64,000 nt of DNA from Rhizophagus irregularis (taxonomy: Eukaryota). The stretch lies in contig NC_089429.1 in assembly GCF_026210795.1 (NCBI RefSeq), positions 5,828,001-5,892,000 of the forward strand, written 5' to 3'. The notes beneath the pieces are model-generated. The model worked only from the letters and a program-made list of their open reading frames with translations. It was not told the DNA's origin and did not search any database. A program made the position numbers and the translations under genes. This document shows, one piece after another, positions 38,764 through 53,000 of the stretch (positions are counted from its first letter, which is position 1; every line of letters starts with the position of its first letter).

Positions 38764-41713
38764 AATGGTGTTTATTCCGAAAGCTCTATAACTAACTGCT
38801 CAAGAATCATATAAAGCAAAGCGCAAAATAAATTTCTGTATTTAAAAAAAAACATTAAACAGTTAGAAAACACTAAATACGTATAAATATATTCAATTTT
38901 TTTAGAAGACCTGAAAAGAAAACTTTAACCTACGTCAAAACCTCATTATTGCGATTTTTTGACTTATATATTTAAAATCGCTGTTTAAATTAATAAACCT
39001 GAGATTTTTATATTTTTAAAATGTAGACAAAGACGGGGATCATACGGGTTTGTGGGTCGAGCCCTTAACGAAGGAAAACTAACTACTAACACAACCGTAC
39101 GCGTATACATCCAACCTCCTCCTAAGAAGAAATCTTATTGTAAAAGAACAATACTAGGCATGGCCAGCAGTGGAGTGATCCACACTATTCAAAATTGTTT
39201 TGTGTTTGGGTTGAAGTAACAAATGATCGTGATGCACAAACCTAATGCAAGTACACGTGCTAATATAAGTTTTTTTTTTCATAATTTTTTAGTTTGTGCT
39301 TTTGTTCAAGCTAAATTTGTTCTTTAGCAGGTACGAAAATCGGTAAGCTTTTAATAATTAATAACAGTTTTTTTTATGTTTCAACGTTTTTTATAATTAG
39401 AGAACGAACAAACTAATTCTTTGTTATAAAATATGTTTTCAGAACTCATTTTTTATATTAAAAAGTACTCTATGCATACACTGTCAAATGGAAACTTAAA
39501 CTCAGTAGGTAAATGTTGTATATAATAAATTTGATCTTAGCAATTTTTTAAGAATTTTTTATTGTGGTAATTTATAATCGTGAAAGCTTTAGATTTAGTA
39601 CAATCCCCTCTGTGATATTTCTTTTTCAAATCATGTCCTTCAAAACATTGAGGGACGTATTGTTACACTATTCATGGAAGCACCCAAATAAAAAAATAAA
39701 CTAACTTAAATTCATTATACACAAAGGATTGAAACATTCTTTGCTCTCTTTTTAGAAAAACATCTTATTTAATCTCTTTTAAAATCTTGTTATGGATGGG
39801 GGGAGTACATCATAGAATTATTATAATTCAGCCATGATTCAGACGACAAATTAGATGATCAAAGCTTCTACTTCACAAGAAAACCTCTGTTTCAAAATCT
39901 TCTACGTTAACATTTCAATCAACACAGCTTAATCGAAGTAGGTAATTTTATGCTGATAGATGATCAAGTATCTCAAGTATCTCAGAAACCTGGATTATTT
40001 ACAACTCCTAAGCGTTCGAGAAAAACTAAGAAACAATACCAAAAGCAATAACCAAAAAACGCTCAAATACAAAGATTGATGATGACAACATTGTTGTTTT
40101 ATTAGAATAAGAATCATTGAATCAATATCACTTTCATCTCCCAAGGAAACGAAACATTGACAAAATGTAGCACATAAAACTCGCTATTATTTCGCCGAAG
40201 TCAAAAAACAGTATGTGGATGATGTTGACGATAAAAAATGTATCGGAGAAGGACGAGCGAGTATTACTCCTAGTAAAGTTCAAGATATCTCGGCGACAAC
40301 CATTTCTACTCCTATAAAAGTAGAATAAAATTACTTGCCTGATATCACAGTAGATTGGTCTTTATTTGAATGAAGCTGATCTAACCACTCTGGAATCAAG
40401 AGAAATACAAGATGATAGAAATGTGCTTGGTAAAAATCTCAGGTGATTTATCTATGGTCATGTTGCTTTACAGCCTAGTTCTAAGTCTCATATAAAAAGT
40501 ACGACAGCTTGAAATAGCTACTAAATGAGGAACAACTTTTAGAGATAGTTAAAACAGGTTAGAACTTCTTCCAATAAATTTGATATATCGTTCTCATCTC
40601 ATCCTCTTAACCCTATTATTAAACTTCTGACAGTTACCTCACCTGCCTTAACTAAAACTGTACTATTTTGGAAAGAAAAATATTGCCAAATTCTTGCGGT
40701 GATCAGAATCTCGTGAAGATTTGTAAAGATGGCTTAATTTAAGATCAAAGAAGGAATATCTTATTGCAATTAACTCAAAGGGTGATCCTAATACTGGTGA
40801 TACTAGGAACGAAAAAAAAAACTTTTTTGAAGTCCGTTAATAACAAAAAAAAAGTTTAAGTCGATTAGTGATTTCTCAATCAAAGCACAAATGAGGTTAC
40901 GGAAAAAGAAACACATATATTTAATGAAATCGATGGTATACCTGCTGGTGATAAGATTGATCAGGAAACAAAATACCCACCGTTTGTATCTGCATTATAT
41001 AAAACTCAAACGTTAATGTTCTATTACCATGAAGCGAAGTTCAATAAAACCTCGGAAAAATCAGATTAGTTATGACAATTACAAGGGAGAATTTACAAAT
41101 TCAACCAATGGATCAATTATTGGAGCCAATTCTGTTATTCGTCAAGTTTGAACTTGCTATCCGCATAGAAAGAAGATTATACATGATGATCATATTATAT
41201 ATAATTAAATAAAAACTTAAATCTTGCATCTCTGGAATTTTTTGAAAAAGCTGCTGATGGACCACAACTACTGCTCATATTATGTTCATGGTTATAGACT
41301 TATAGTAATGGAAGCATTTGTCCAAGCTTGCTGGGACAAAGTTTAAACAAGGTTTAAAGTCGGCTAAAAAAAATCCAATATCGCATATTATTATAACAAA
41401 AATTTCCGTTGGTAGAAGCGAAGGTCGTGAAGGCTATATTCCTCTTGTTAACCTTTGGTTGACCAAAAAAACTGAAGGTGTAGGTGATAACCATTGAATG
41501 ATCAGAATCAAATGAGTGAAATGACCGAATAACTTAGGCTAATGACAAATGACTACATTGGTGTTAAAATGAACGTAAAAAAAAATTATTTTAAAAATAT
41601 TAAAAATATTGAGAACACAAAATTATGAATCAATATACGATAACCAAAGGGCAATTTGATGCTATCATGAAATTCAAAGACGAGTAAACTAAACCTAGTA
41701 ATTCAAAGTCTTA

Positions 41714-42031
41714 GTACTTCAATTCTCTGGTGCGTTAATTGCGACGTTGCATATTTGGTAGAAAATTTCAAAAATTGTCTAGCGGTGATCCAAAATTAGA
41801 TAAGCATACACAAAAGAATGCGAAAGAATATATGGACTTTCTTGAATTGGATTGATTTCTCTAAATTTGACCTTATAAAGTATACTGGAAAAGAAGGATC
41901 TTTTTCTACTATATACTCCGCTTTGTGGACGGAAGGTCCATTTTGGGAATTGGGATAAAGCTGCAAGTATATGGTCCCGTGGTGGTCCGACAAAGGTTAT
42001 ACTTAAACGTTTAAATGATTCAAGGGAACTA
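41714..42031 (+). pseudogene. Recent partial duplicate of exon 1 of the 12340 kinase gene
   Basis: Near-identical to 12401-12726 (for example AAGCTGCAAGTATATGGTCCCGTGGTGGTCCGACAAAGGTTATACTTAAACGTTTAAATGATTCAAGGGAACTA), with 1-nt indels and a short deletion. It lacks the start, intron and exon 2. Confidence 0.95.
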
Positions 42032-44179
42032 TTATTACACGTTCTTTTCTTAAAAATATCGAACGTGATTACAGTTAACTTAGCAAGTTTGTTATACTGA
42101 TATGAATGATTTTATTTTATTGAAGAGTAAGTAGCTCCTGATCACGACGACGTAATCGTTAATGATGACCTTGCAAAGGATCGTATTTCTAAGGAAGTGG
42201 GCGAAGCAAGAGGCGGCGGACGTAGTGCACGTGTGGAAGTTGTGATGGGTTGGCCACAGTGTATTGTTGCATCATCGATATATACCGATATTGTATTTGA
42301 TCTTCTCGGGTCCAAGTTTTCTTATTTGCCATTTAACACATATTTGGAAAAATTTTTGAGGGTAATGAGTACATTTCCCGATCGAAATAATAAATGTGGT
42401 GACAAAAGGTATATATATATATATATAGTTTGAGATTTATCAGCGCAATTAATACTCAATGGTTAAACGACAATAGACAATTGTAATGTTAAAAATGTTT
42501 ATATTATATTACAAAATTTATTTTTTTTTAAAAAAAAAATGAATACATGAAATGAAAAATAATTGTTAATTAATAATATAATAAGGAAAAAGAAAGGGGA
42601 GGTTCCTTTAAAGAAATAATAAAAACGAAAATAAAAATAAACTATAAAATAAATGAATACACGAAGTAATTAATTTTTAATATATTGTATGATGTATATA
42701 ATTCATATTCAAATATCGTAGCTATTATATTTCAGCTTTTTCATACCAAGGAGCAGCTATTTTTAAATCTTTTTTAGTACCTATTCCTTAACTATAACAA
42801 TATGTAGTAACTGTGACCACTTTTAATAGTAGAGGAAATATTAGATTTTCGTTTAAAAATAATCAATAACATAATGTAATCAATCATAAGGATAACTTAC
42901 TTTCCCGTTTACATTTTTATTTACTGTGATTAAATAATTATACGGAATTTTAATTGAAGTTTTAAAATTTAAAGATTTTTTAACATCTTTATTAAATTCC
43001 GTATAATTAGGTCGGTCATCACACATTATTAAATTTTTTATTAATTTGAATTATTTGAATTATTTGAACTTATGAAAGAGGTAATGTTTAAAAGTAAATC
43101 TGTAATTATGATAAGGAAGGTTCTTTAAGACTTTGACAATACTGATCTGAAATTTCTTTTAAATAAAAATTTGTCACACATAAACGTTATCGCCAGATAA
43201 TCTTGATAATCTGAAAAAATTTGGGTATGATCAATTAAATCAATGAATTGAATGAATTGGGCTTATGTTATATATTGATTATACAATATATTGCACTAAA
43301 AATGATATTAAAGATCTTTATAATAAATAATTCTCGTAATTGCGAGGAAAGACTGGATGAATTAGAAATTGCCACACAAACAAGCTAAGAATAAAAAAAA
43401 AAAATACAAGAATTTCGTGATAAACCTCTCAAAAATTCCTCTCACCCTCAAATTTCCTTTTTTCTTCTTTAGATTCCCTCAAATTTTCGTTATTAAAAAC
43501 TTGAAAGCTATTTTAATACCATATTTAGGAACGTTTAAAAAATGAGCATTAATTTTTTGGTTGGGTTGTTGGGAAATTCTTTTAACTATATCAATACCAT
43601 TTATAAGATCTATATTAAATTTTAATTAATTTCGCGCATTATTTAATATTAATGTAATTAATGTAATTTAAACTTTAAGACACTCACCTTCATAATTTTT
43701 AAATTACTCTTATGTTGTCTTACTCGATGCAGTGTTCATAACCGGCAAATTATCTTCACTAGTAAATACAATCATATCATTAAGAGTTGTAATATTGAGA
43801 ATTTGTAAATATAGATTTTTTTGGGTATACTACGCGAAGTAAGATTATGTAAAAAAACCATTTAGATTTTCTGCATAAAAAAAACAAAAAATAAATTATC
43901 CATATTAACGTAATTCAAAGAAAAGAAAAACAAAAACGTCGAATTATACTCTCTTGTGAGATTTTCCATGAAAATTAACATTACTTGATGTATCCCCAAA
44001 ACAATACAAGCAAAAAATTCGTTATATAAACCTGTAATTTAGCCGATAAATGCGTGGAAAAGTAGATATCTGGATTATCTTTAGCTTCTTCACGTCATCT
44101 AGTCTATAAATTAATTTTGTGGAAAAAAATAAATGTACTTGGCTCTATTGTTCCATCTCTTCCAGTATGAGGTGCAAAA

Positions 44180-44480
44180 GAAATAAACTGGTCATTAAGA
44201 AAGTAGAGCGAGAATTATACTGGCTCTTCAAATTTTGCTTGAATATATGGGTCGTGTTTCTCATATCTTCAAAACATTTATTTATTCCCCATATAAACGC
44301 AACAAACGCAACTTAAGTATATCATATTCATCCTTTAGGCGTTCGCGCATTTCTTTTAGCTGAGATCGATGATATTCTTAATATTATTTTTTTTCTGCTT
44401 TAGCAAAGCCTCGCGCTCCTCCAACTGTTTTTCAAACCCATCTAGTCGGGACAAAGCAGAGTAGCATTGAAATCATATAT
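44180..44480 (-). pseudogene. Degenerate copy of a multicopy coiled-coil protein
   Basis: Reads ALSRLDGFEKQLEEREALLKQK..NIKNIID..KEMRERLKDEYDILKLRL, with frameshifts. Heptad-like; family recalled as multicopy in Rhizophagus. Confidence 0.35.
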
Positions 44481-46630
44481 ACCTGCTTCTGCAAAAATTC
44501 TTATTTTTTTTAATTCTCCTTTACTTTACATCATGTCTATTGCTTTGAATTTAACAGAAATCGTTACCAATAATTTCAAATTTGATACAAGAACCGTTAC
44601 TAAATTTTATTCTGAGGGAGATATAAACAAGTAATTTCACCTTCATTTTTCAGCTAATAATTTAAAATTTCATGTAGACGAAACAGAAGCTTCTAATACA
44701 ATACGTTACACCTAAGATAATCTTCAATTGAATGAATGTGTACAGTAGCTACTGAGCTTGTGGGCCAAGCAGAGAAGCTTGATTTTGTGAATGCCTCGTT
44801 CTAAAAACAGTCAATCTCAATATCTGAAGAATACCTCCATGCTCAAACTCTATTTATCAATTCACTAATAAAGCGTCAGATGGGTTTTATTGAGAATGCA
44901 AGTGGGAACGAACTTCAAGTTTTTAAAAATACGCCAATAATTGTTGTACTCACTTGCGACTCTAGTAACAAGGTCAACTTCGTTCTGACGTTTTTGATCA
45001 TGCATTAATTAATGACATCATAAATAAATTTTGTTTAACTTTCTATAAATTTTATTTTTATGCTATTTTTAATCCATTTTATAAGCTTACAAAATATCAT
45101 TTGCATCATATTTTTTTACTCCACTTTATTACATATTGCTATGCCTAATAAAAAATATCGATCTATGAAAATCTGCATGATCCTATTGGGCTGAACGATA
45201 AAATAAATAGTTATTGGATGTGGGGCTATATCGGTCACAGGGGCCTTTAGTGGACCTTCATTGATTGGTGAAAATGATCACGTTAATATTCTCATCATTC
45301 TCATCATTCTACCTCATCAATGATTAGCGGGCGATTAACTTCAGATTATAAAGGTTTATCAACTCACCATGTGCATTAATTCGATCGGCTCACATATGAA
45401 AAAAAAATGAAAAGATAAAAATAAAATATACAGTATACTGTATATGTACAAAATAATATATTATGATTATTATTTATATAAAATTAATTAATTTTTACTT
45501 TTTTATTTTGTTGGAACGAATAATAGATTTATATTAATAATTTCTTTGTCTTTAAAAATAATTATTCAAATGTATACAAGTCTAAAGAATTACATATCCA
45601 ATTATTAATGTTTTCGTAAACAAATATATATATATATATTAAAGGTTAATCCAAATCTTAAAGAAGCATACAATCTCAACGATACAGTAAACACTATACT
45701 AAAAACGTAATGACAATGGATCGATATCTGAAACTTCAAATGATGATAACTCACTTGCAAATGATTCGAACCTGAAACAGCAAAAGTGAGGAAGATCGAT
45801 GATATCAAAACATGACAAACTGAAACTGCAAGTGAAAAAATCCCACTTGTAAATGGTTCAAACCAGAAGGAAACTGAAACTACAAGTCAGGAGAAATGCA
45901 ATCAAATTATTGAAAGAGTTATTTGCAATTAGGATCAACTCTAATATTTTTACTAAATTTAATTTTATGATATGAATTATATAACATTTAAATAATAGAA
46001 TTTTATCATCGTTTATATGCATATGATGTTTCAAAGCATATTTATTTTTTGTTTATTTTTACTAAAAGGATTGTTGTTGATCGACATCCAGTAATTTACA
46101 CACGCTAAAGAAATTTCTCTGCAACTTGTAGATTAAGTATCAAAAACGGAAAATTTTATTTATAGATGATCTGCAAAAGAGGTTTAACATGATAAGATTT
46201 AGAAAATGATTATAAGCCGATTTATTAAATGATATACAATCATGTTTCGAAATTTAACAACGTCAAAAAAAAGATTCCTTTGAACGATTATTTGTCTTCA
46301 AATCTTTTTAATTGAAAGGTAATTCCGTTATTTATCCATATATGTCCTGTGTCCTGTTTCAACTACTTTTACCCCTTTAACTCTTCATTAATTATAAAAA
46401 GGCCATAATCTGGCTTCGAGTAAATTATTAACAATGTAAGAACAAAAATTTTCAAAAATTATGCGTAAGAAGTTGTTTATTACGACTTTCTTTTAATCTC
46501 CTCTCCAGAAAAAAAAAAAAAAAAAAAAAAAAGGTTTGCTAAAATAAATATATTAAATTACATTAAGTTACAATTCATAACAAACATCAACTAAATAATC
46601 CTTTATTTTGTAACTTCTATTGTATCAAAT

Positions 46631-46770
46631 AGTCGAAATTCGCGCCAAACTCTAATCCTTTTCACGCCAAACTTTTAATTCATTTCATAGACGAAATTCG
46701 CGTCAAACTTCAAATGCCAAAATTCAATCCTTTTTAAAGACGAAATTCCCGCCAAACTTCAATCCACTTC
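46631..46770. repeat. Degenerate minisatellite (core GACGAAATTCGCGCCAAACTTCAATCC), 3-4 copies
   Basis: CGAAATTC(G/C)CG(C/T)CAAACT recurs at about 46635, 46692 and 46741, with partial copies between them. Confidence 0.7.
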
Positions 46771-47847
46771 ACCTCGTTTCAATAGATCCACCTCTCAGCT
46801 AACATGCTAACATTTCACTGTTATCGCCTTGATCATAATGATAAAATATAAATACTTATTGGTCAATGATAAAATGGGTCTATTTAAACCTTTTCGTTTA
46901 TATCATTTTTATGATAACATTTATTTTTTCGAATAACTTCGTATTTTTTATATTCCTTTTATCGTTTAATATTTTATGCCGGCCGGCTTAAACATAATTT
47001 TCCACAATCTACGTTTTTTTTAATCATCGAAGAAGAAGTTAAATTTTTTCCACCATTTACGTTTTTTAAAAATGAAACAAATCATCGAAGAAGAATTTTT
47101 ATATATTTTTTTTTTTATTACTTATAGTTTATATATATTTTTGCATATACATATCTTTTATTTTATTTTATTTTTTTCTTTTTCTTTTATAATTATTATC
47201 GTTTTTGCTATCATAAAATAAATATCAAATAATGGATTAAATAGTACTCCAATTTTTACGTGAAATTTTTTATAAAAAAACTACTAAATATAAATGAAAT
47301 CACTAACACGATTTGAACTTTACAGTTTATAGTAATTTTAGAGAATTTTCATGACGTTTTGCGCCCAAATTCGATAATATTAAAAGACTTATAAATATAG
47401 ATCATTTAAATTTATTTTTATTAACATAAAGAAAAAATTTGGAAATTTTTTTTTTTCTTTTTTTGCTTTAAATGGAAGTCGCCCACCAACATAAAGATTT
47501 GATGATAATAAATTGTTTTATATATAATTGTGAAAGAATAAATGAATCTTACGGAGATGAGATTCCTCAATTATAATTAATTCATTTTGTGCGAAAATAT
47601 GAAAATATGGGAAATGAGCGTTCGTGTATTGCGTGTATTGTATACATCAAACGTGATTTGTCTCATGAAAACCTTTTTATCTTTGTCATCTCATTTATTT
47701 CCATTATTCTTGTCTACTTTCATAGAATTTAAAATTTTTTTTTGTATTCTTTGGTTTGAATATTCGAAGTAAAATGAACTCAAGTCGTCAAATCATATAT
47801 ACGTAAGGATCATCTAAGGTCAAAACCATGTAGTACATACCACTGCC

Positions 47848-47935
47848 AGCATATCAGTATATCAGTATATCAGCATATCAGCATATCGGCATATCACAAA
47901 TCAAGTATATCAGCATATCAACATATCGGCATATA
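47848..47935. repeat. 8-bp tandem repeat (CAGCATAT)n
   Basis: About 10 copies of CAG(C/T)ATAT or CGGCATAT, with one interruption. Confidence 0.9.
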
Positions 47936-48631
47936 ATAACAAACACGTTACGTACAGTACGTTACACTTGTTCATTTGATTTCATGTCACTACATGATTT
48001 GCCATTCGATCTAAATAATGAGTTAGTGCATTTTCAATGACTAACCTTAATTATAATCTCTTTTTAAAACCTTTTCGGGTTAAATAAAATTCCGTCAATT
48101 CCGTCAAAAAAAAAAAAAATGTTTTCGCTACAAAATCAAGAATCATGGCTTATTGTGCAGAATAATTGATGTCGTACAACAAGGAGGAATTTTCTATCTA
48201 TCGAGATGTCTATCGAGATGTTGTGGCTTATTTCTTGTTATATGTATCAAAAAAGATTACCGCATCTTCCGTAGAAAATTCATAACTTTAAACGATCCAT
48301 TTTTTTTTGTACCTTTGAAATTAATAAATACTTGATAAACGGATAATACACAAAAAAAAAATGGATTATTTTTATTCTTGTCTTTTATTCCTTTTACAGA
48401 ATTTCACTAAACTGAAAAAAGTTTCATTTATAAAGTGTACTTTCGAAGATCCTACTGTTTTATCGGTTCGGATGTTACGTTTTTAATACGTACCCATAAA
48501 TAAAAAGGTCATTTGCCCCGATTTATATCCATAATCAGTATCTATTTGCCATAAATGTAGAACAAGATGAGAAAATCATATTTTGAAATGAAATTTTGTA
48601 ATTTATAATATTCTTAATTAATAAAATATTT

Positions 48632-48738
48632 TATTCTTTTCTTTGTATCGAAAAAAAAAATACAAGTATTCTTTTCTTTGTATCGAAAAAAAATACAACA
48701 GATATTCTTTTCTTTGTATCGAAAAAAAAAATACAAGT
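48632..48738. repeat. About 36-bp tandem repeat, 3 copies
   Basis: TATTCTTTTCTTTGTATCG(A)nTACAA occurs three times. Confidence 0.9.
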
Positions 48739-49449
48739 AAACTACTGCACATTGGGAACTTCTGATAAATAGTTTATTATTGCTTCTTCAACTTTGACAC
48801 TTCGTACTATATACAGTATATTTATATTACCAAAATTGGAAACAATTACTAAGCCTACTAAGCCATTACTTGGATCGAGTACAGATGAGTATTACACCAA
48901 TTACCTCTATCCGTGAATGTGGCTTATTATTTGTGTGAAAATTTCATATGAGTAACAAAATATTATGAAAGTAATTCCTGAACCAGAAGGAAATAAGCCC
49001 ATCAAATAAATCTTTATTTTTACAAACCAAACCATATATGATAATCTATATCTGAACATCCATTCTTCATAATAAATATTCAAGTCGCCAAGCCTTAAAA
49101 CCCTAATAAGATAAATTATTGTTTTTGATCACCAAACACGTTGCAAATTTTTTAAATTTTTTTCTTATATAAATTTCCGTTTTAACGGTGAATTTATTCT
49201 TTTCTTTTCTTTATTATTATTCTTTTACATTCCTTTTAATAAAAAATAACTTAATTCTTAAATGATTAAGCTCCACTTTCTATTACAACCAACAATATAA
49301 ATCCACAAAACTTTTTTCATGATTATCAAACCAATGAATTATTGATATCAAAATTTTACACGTGATTTAAAATTAATTGGTATTGAAAAAGTTGTTGATT
49401 GTTATAAACCATTGAATTATTAGAAAATGTTCTACCTTACAAGAATTTG

Positions 49450-50034
49450 AGATGATGAACCAAATAGTCGATCTTCCATGAGTGAATGTTCGATGTTTAG
49501 CCGGGCAAAGACTTTTACGTGCTTGTACCGGCTACAAGCTGGGGTTTCAAACCCTTCTTATACCTTGGGTTAAATTGGTGATAGAATTATTATGGATTAG
49601 TATACTACTAGATGGTGAACCAAATAATGTAGCCGGGCTAAAAGACTTTTACGTGCTTGTGCCGGCTACATTACGCTGGGAGTTCAACAAGCTCTTCTTA
49701 TACTTCAGTTAAATTGATGAAAATTATAGAATTAATGATTAATAATTATATGAGAGTGTAGATTATGAGATAGTGAACCAAATAATGTAGCCGGTTAAAG
49801 ACTTTTACGTGCTTGTGCCGGCTACATTAACGCAGGAGTTCAACAGTAGTTCAACCCTTAAACAAATACCCGGTACAACATTCCCGAAATCTTGAATTTT
49901 TAATCAAAGATACCCGTGAATTTGATGCATCACATCAGCCACAGATTGACAACAAATATAAATAAAACCCGTATTGTTCTAGAAAGAGAATTTCTTATAC
50001 CCTTAGTTAAATTGGTGAAAATTATAGAATTAAT
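49450..50034. repeat. Three-unit (about 160 bp) array, each unit with a conserved GC-rich stem-loop
   Basis: The unit TGAACCAAATAATGTAGCCGG..AAAGACTTTTACGTGCTTGT(A/G)CCGGCTACA(TTA)..GCTGG..TTCAA..TTCTTATAC..GTTAAATTG.TGA occurs three times. Stems at 49498-49534, 49625-49673 and 49783-49829. Confidence 0.9.
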
Positions 50035-53000
50035 ATTTAAAATAGGAAAAGTTTTTTAATAAAAATTTTTGAATCAAAGAACACTTTGTAATGGCAACAA
50101 ATTTTTAAATCTATTGAATTGTATATTTTGAATAAAGATACTTATTATTTTTTTCTATAAAAAAGAATTCCATAAGTTAGATGTTGAAAAATTATTATTT
50201 TTTAAAATAATATCATACGTAATAAAATAAATTTCATTTTAATAAATTTATCATTACATAAATTACGAGTTATTCATGTGAAAATTACGGTCAAACAAAA
50301 AAATAAAAAGAATTCTTCAATAAAAATATTTCATTGTATAAGGTTTATTGTAAAATTTTTCTGATATGATCCTTCCTATATCTTCCAAGTTCCAATAAAA
50401 GAATATAACTATAATTCTCATTACAATCATGTGCTTTCTTCTCTGTTCAGGCTCGAAAAAGTTCGCAAGTGATAGTTAGAAACAAATGATTTCAACAACT
50501 TTTGATTTGTTGGATTTGTTGCTGAAATAGATAAATTTTTTAATTACTGATCTGATGGATACCGAGAATTTTACGAAAATTAAACCTACATTAATTCTCT
50601 GAATTTTTACTGTAATACGAAATCTTTTAAATCCCACGTCCTCAACTTCTGAATTTCGGCGGACGCGTAATTTCCAAAGAAATAGTCATAAATGTATCGA
50701 TTAGTCTAACCGATTAACCGATGGAATTAATAAGATAATATATTAATTAAACAAATCACGATAAATGATAAAACTGATAAAACTGCACAATAAAGCCATC
50801 GATGAGCAATTACTCACAATGTAACTCAAGCTCTCGTTTGGCTAATTATATCAAGTCTTATAGCAAATCATATTATGATTGTTTTCCGTATTCACTAAAT
50901 ATAAACATTTGATAAATAATAAAAAAAATAAAAATAAAAATTAGTAATTTAAAAAAAGATCTCTCGCGTAATTCTTATATGAATATTAATACCACGTAAC
51001 TACTTACTACTAATAATTCTTTTTAAAAAATTATTTTCTAATTTCTATAAAGAAATTACCAAAAGATGGTACTATTATTTACGAATTAAAAAAATGGAAA
51101 TGGAATAGTTAGAGTTTACTTTGTACAAAATTATTCTGTTCCTGATTAAATGCGTTAAGAAATAAAATATAATGATATATACCTTCAAATTTGTATATAT
51201 TTATTTAAGCAACCTAAAAAAAAAATTCAGAATTTTTTTTTAAAAAATTTTTTTTAAAAAAAAAAGAAAAAGAATTTAAGAATTATTACTTACATACCGA
51301 AATCAGTCTATTTGTCCCTCTAATCAGATTACAACCTTCTCCTTTTATCTTTATCTATAGTTCATAGTTATGTTATAATTAACGTTAAAAATTATGATTC
51401 CTTACTTTCTTTTCCTTTTTTTTTATAAAAAAAAAAAAATTTTTTTATTATTAAACTTACTGATTATAAAATTTTAAGAATTTTTGGTATCCTACTTCTA
51501 TTGATAGTATTTTGTGTGTAATAAGACAGGATTATTATTTGACGTTTTCTTTTGTGTAATTAATGGAGATGGCGAAGATATACAGTATGAGTTGAAGGGA
51601 TCTACTTCTTTATTTGCTTTTGACTCTTAGCTTCTTAGTTAGTAGAAGAAATATGCTTTACTGATAATTTTTGAATCGAAAGAGATATAGAATCTACTCA
51701 ATAACTTCGTGCTATATTCCCATAGAAAAGAAATTGAAAAAATCTATTATTAATAAAATAATTGATCCGATTAAATTAATAATATTATATAAGAATGCAA
51801 CTTTTTGAAAAGAATACCAAGTGTTGATTAAATATTAAATTAAAAACTTACTGATAACAGTTCAATTAACAATATCATCTATTTTACGTGTTGAACTAAA
51901 AGATTATGTATGCCATACCGTCATCTCATCATTTTGTAAAAGCTAATATTTAATTGTATCTAACAATAACTTTATCTAGTACTGAAAACATGCCTCGCTA
52001 TATCTAACATTTTCTTGGATTCGATCGAACATTGATCTACTATTATTTAATAGACGCTAAATGTAAAATTCATCAAAAAATCTCATTATAAACCAACTCC
52101 CATTCAGTGTGTTGATGCTGCATCTGAGTAATTAAATCACACGTTATCTTAAAATGTAACCTTCCCACTTGAGATAGCTTGAGGTTTAAATAAAGAAATG
52201 AAAAAAAAATCACCCACCGTAATTATACCTTTTAACTAGAAAACATGATGCGGTAAATTGTCCGATACAGACCAATGACTACTAAGTGCGTGAGAATTTT
52301 GTTGTGTTTTAGGCATATTAAAGTAACCATCTAATAGAGAAGATTTGTTGTGGCAAACAAATGACTCCAAAAGGGAAACAGATCTTTTATATGATCGATT
52401 ACTTAACTTGCTAGTGACTTCTTATCCAATCATTTGATCCTGTAGCCCAACGATATATTATATTATAAATTTTATCTTTCAAATCAAGTAACGAAATAAT
52501 ATTGTATGCGTTTTATTTCCTAATTACAGTATATTGGAACATTCTGTAGTTCTTAAATAGGTAATTACAATAGCATTATCTTATCTTTATGATCGCTAGT
52601 CTTGATTTTGTCATACAATTAAAAAACAGTATTAAACTAGGAGAGATTTTCTAATCTACTAAACGCTAAAAATTCGTTGATAAAAAAAAAGTACAACTTA
52701 GACATTATACAATTTTTAATATCAAAAATCCACTAACATATTTGGCTGATCATATCTTCGGCGCTTGTTCTTAAATATTGAGTATTGCGGTTCGTTCACT
52801 AACCTAAAAGTCATGAGCAGATATACAGAGTACGTTAAATAATTTATGTTTAACTTAATAGATTTTTAATTTCCTTTAAAAATTTTAAATTTTAAATTTA
52901 TCTTATTTTATTCTATTTGCTGTCTTTGGGTTTACCGTTTACAAGTCTTAAATTGGAGAAATTAGAATTCTGCAAAAATAATAAAAATATTGCGAAATTG

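Noticed and set aside
38333..38765. CRISPR-like array or repeat-protein ORFs (38377-38586, 38583-38765)
   Set aside because: Units are contiguous near-identical copies without unique spacers, there are no cas genes, the context is eukaryotic, and indels break the reading frame.
39700..41500. Coding-like stretches (also 35566-35860, 37300-37720, 42100-42400 and 44700-45000)
   Set aside because: Probably decayed genes or TEs, but no identifiable motif or sustained frame supports a call.
41796..41993. 65-aa minus-strand ORF
   Set aside because: Antisense reading of the duplicated kinase exon fragment.
46631..46838. Kex2-processed repeat peptide precursor (KR-IEVWREFRL) on the minus strand
   Set aside because: No frame stays open across the repeat and there is no intact signal peptide; better explained as a degenerate minisatellite.
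49450..49850. Twister, hammerhead or HDV ribozyme, or a tRNA, in the hairpin array
   Set aside because: The minus strand has a twister-like UAAUGUAGC..AAGC, but the required 3' pseudoknot partner is not evident. There is no CUGANGA/GAAA core and no cloverleaf. Left as an unidentified hairpin.
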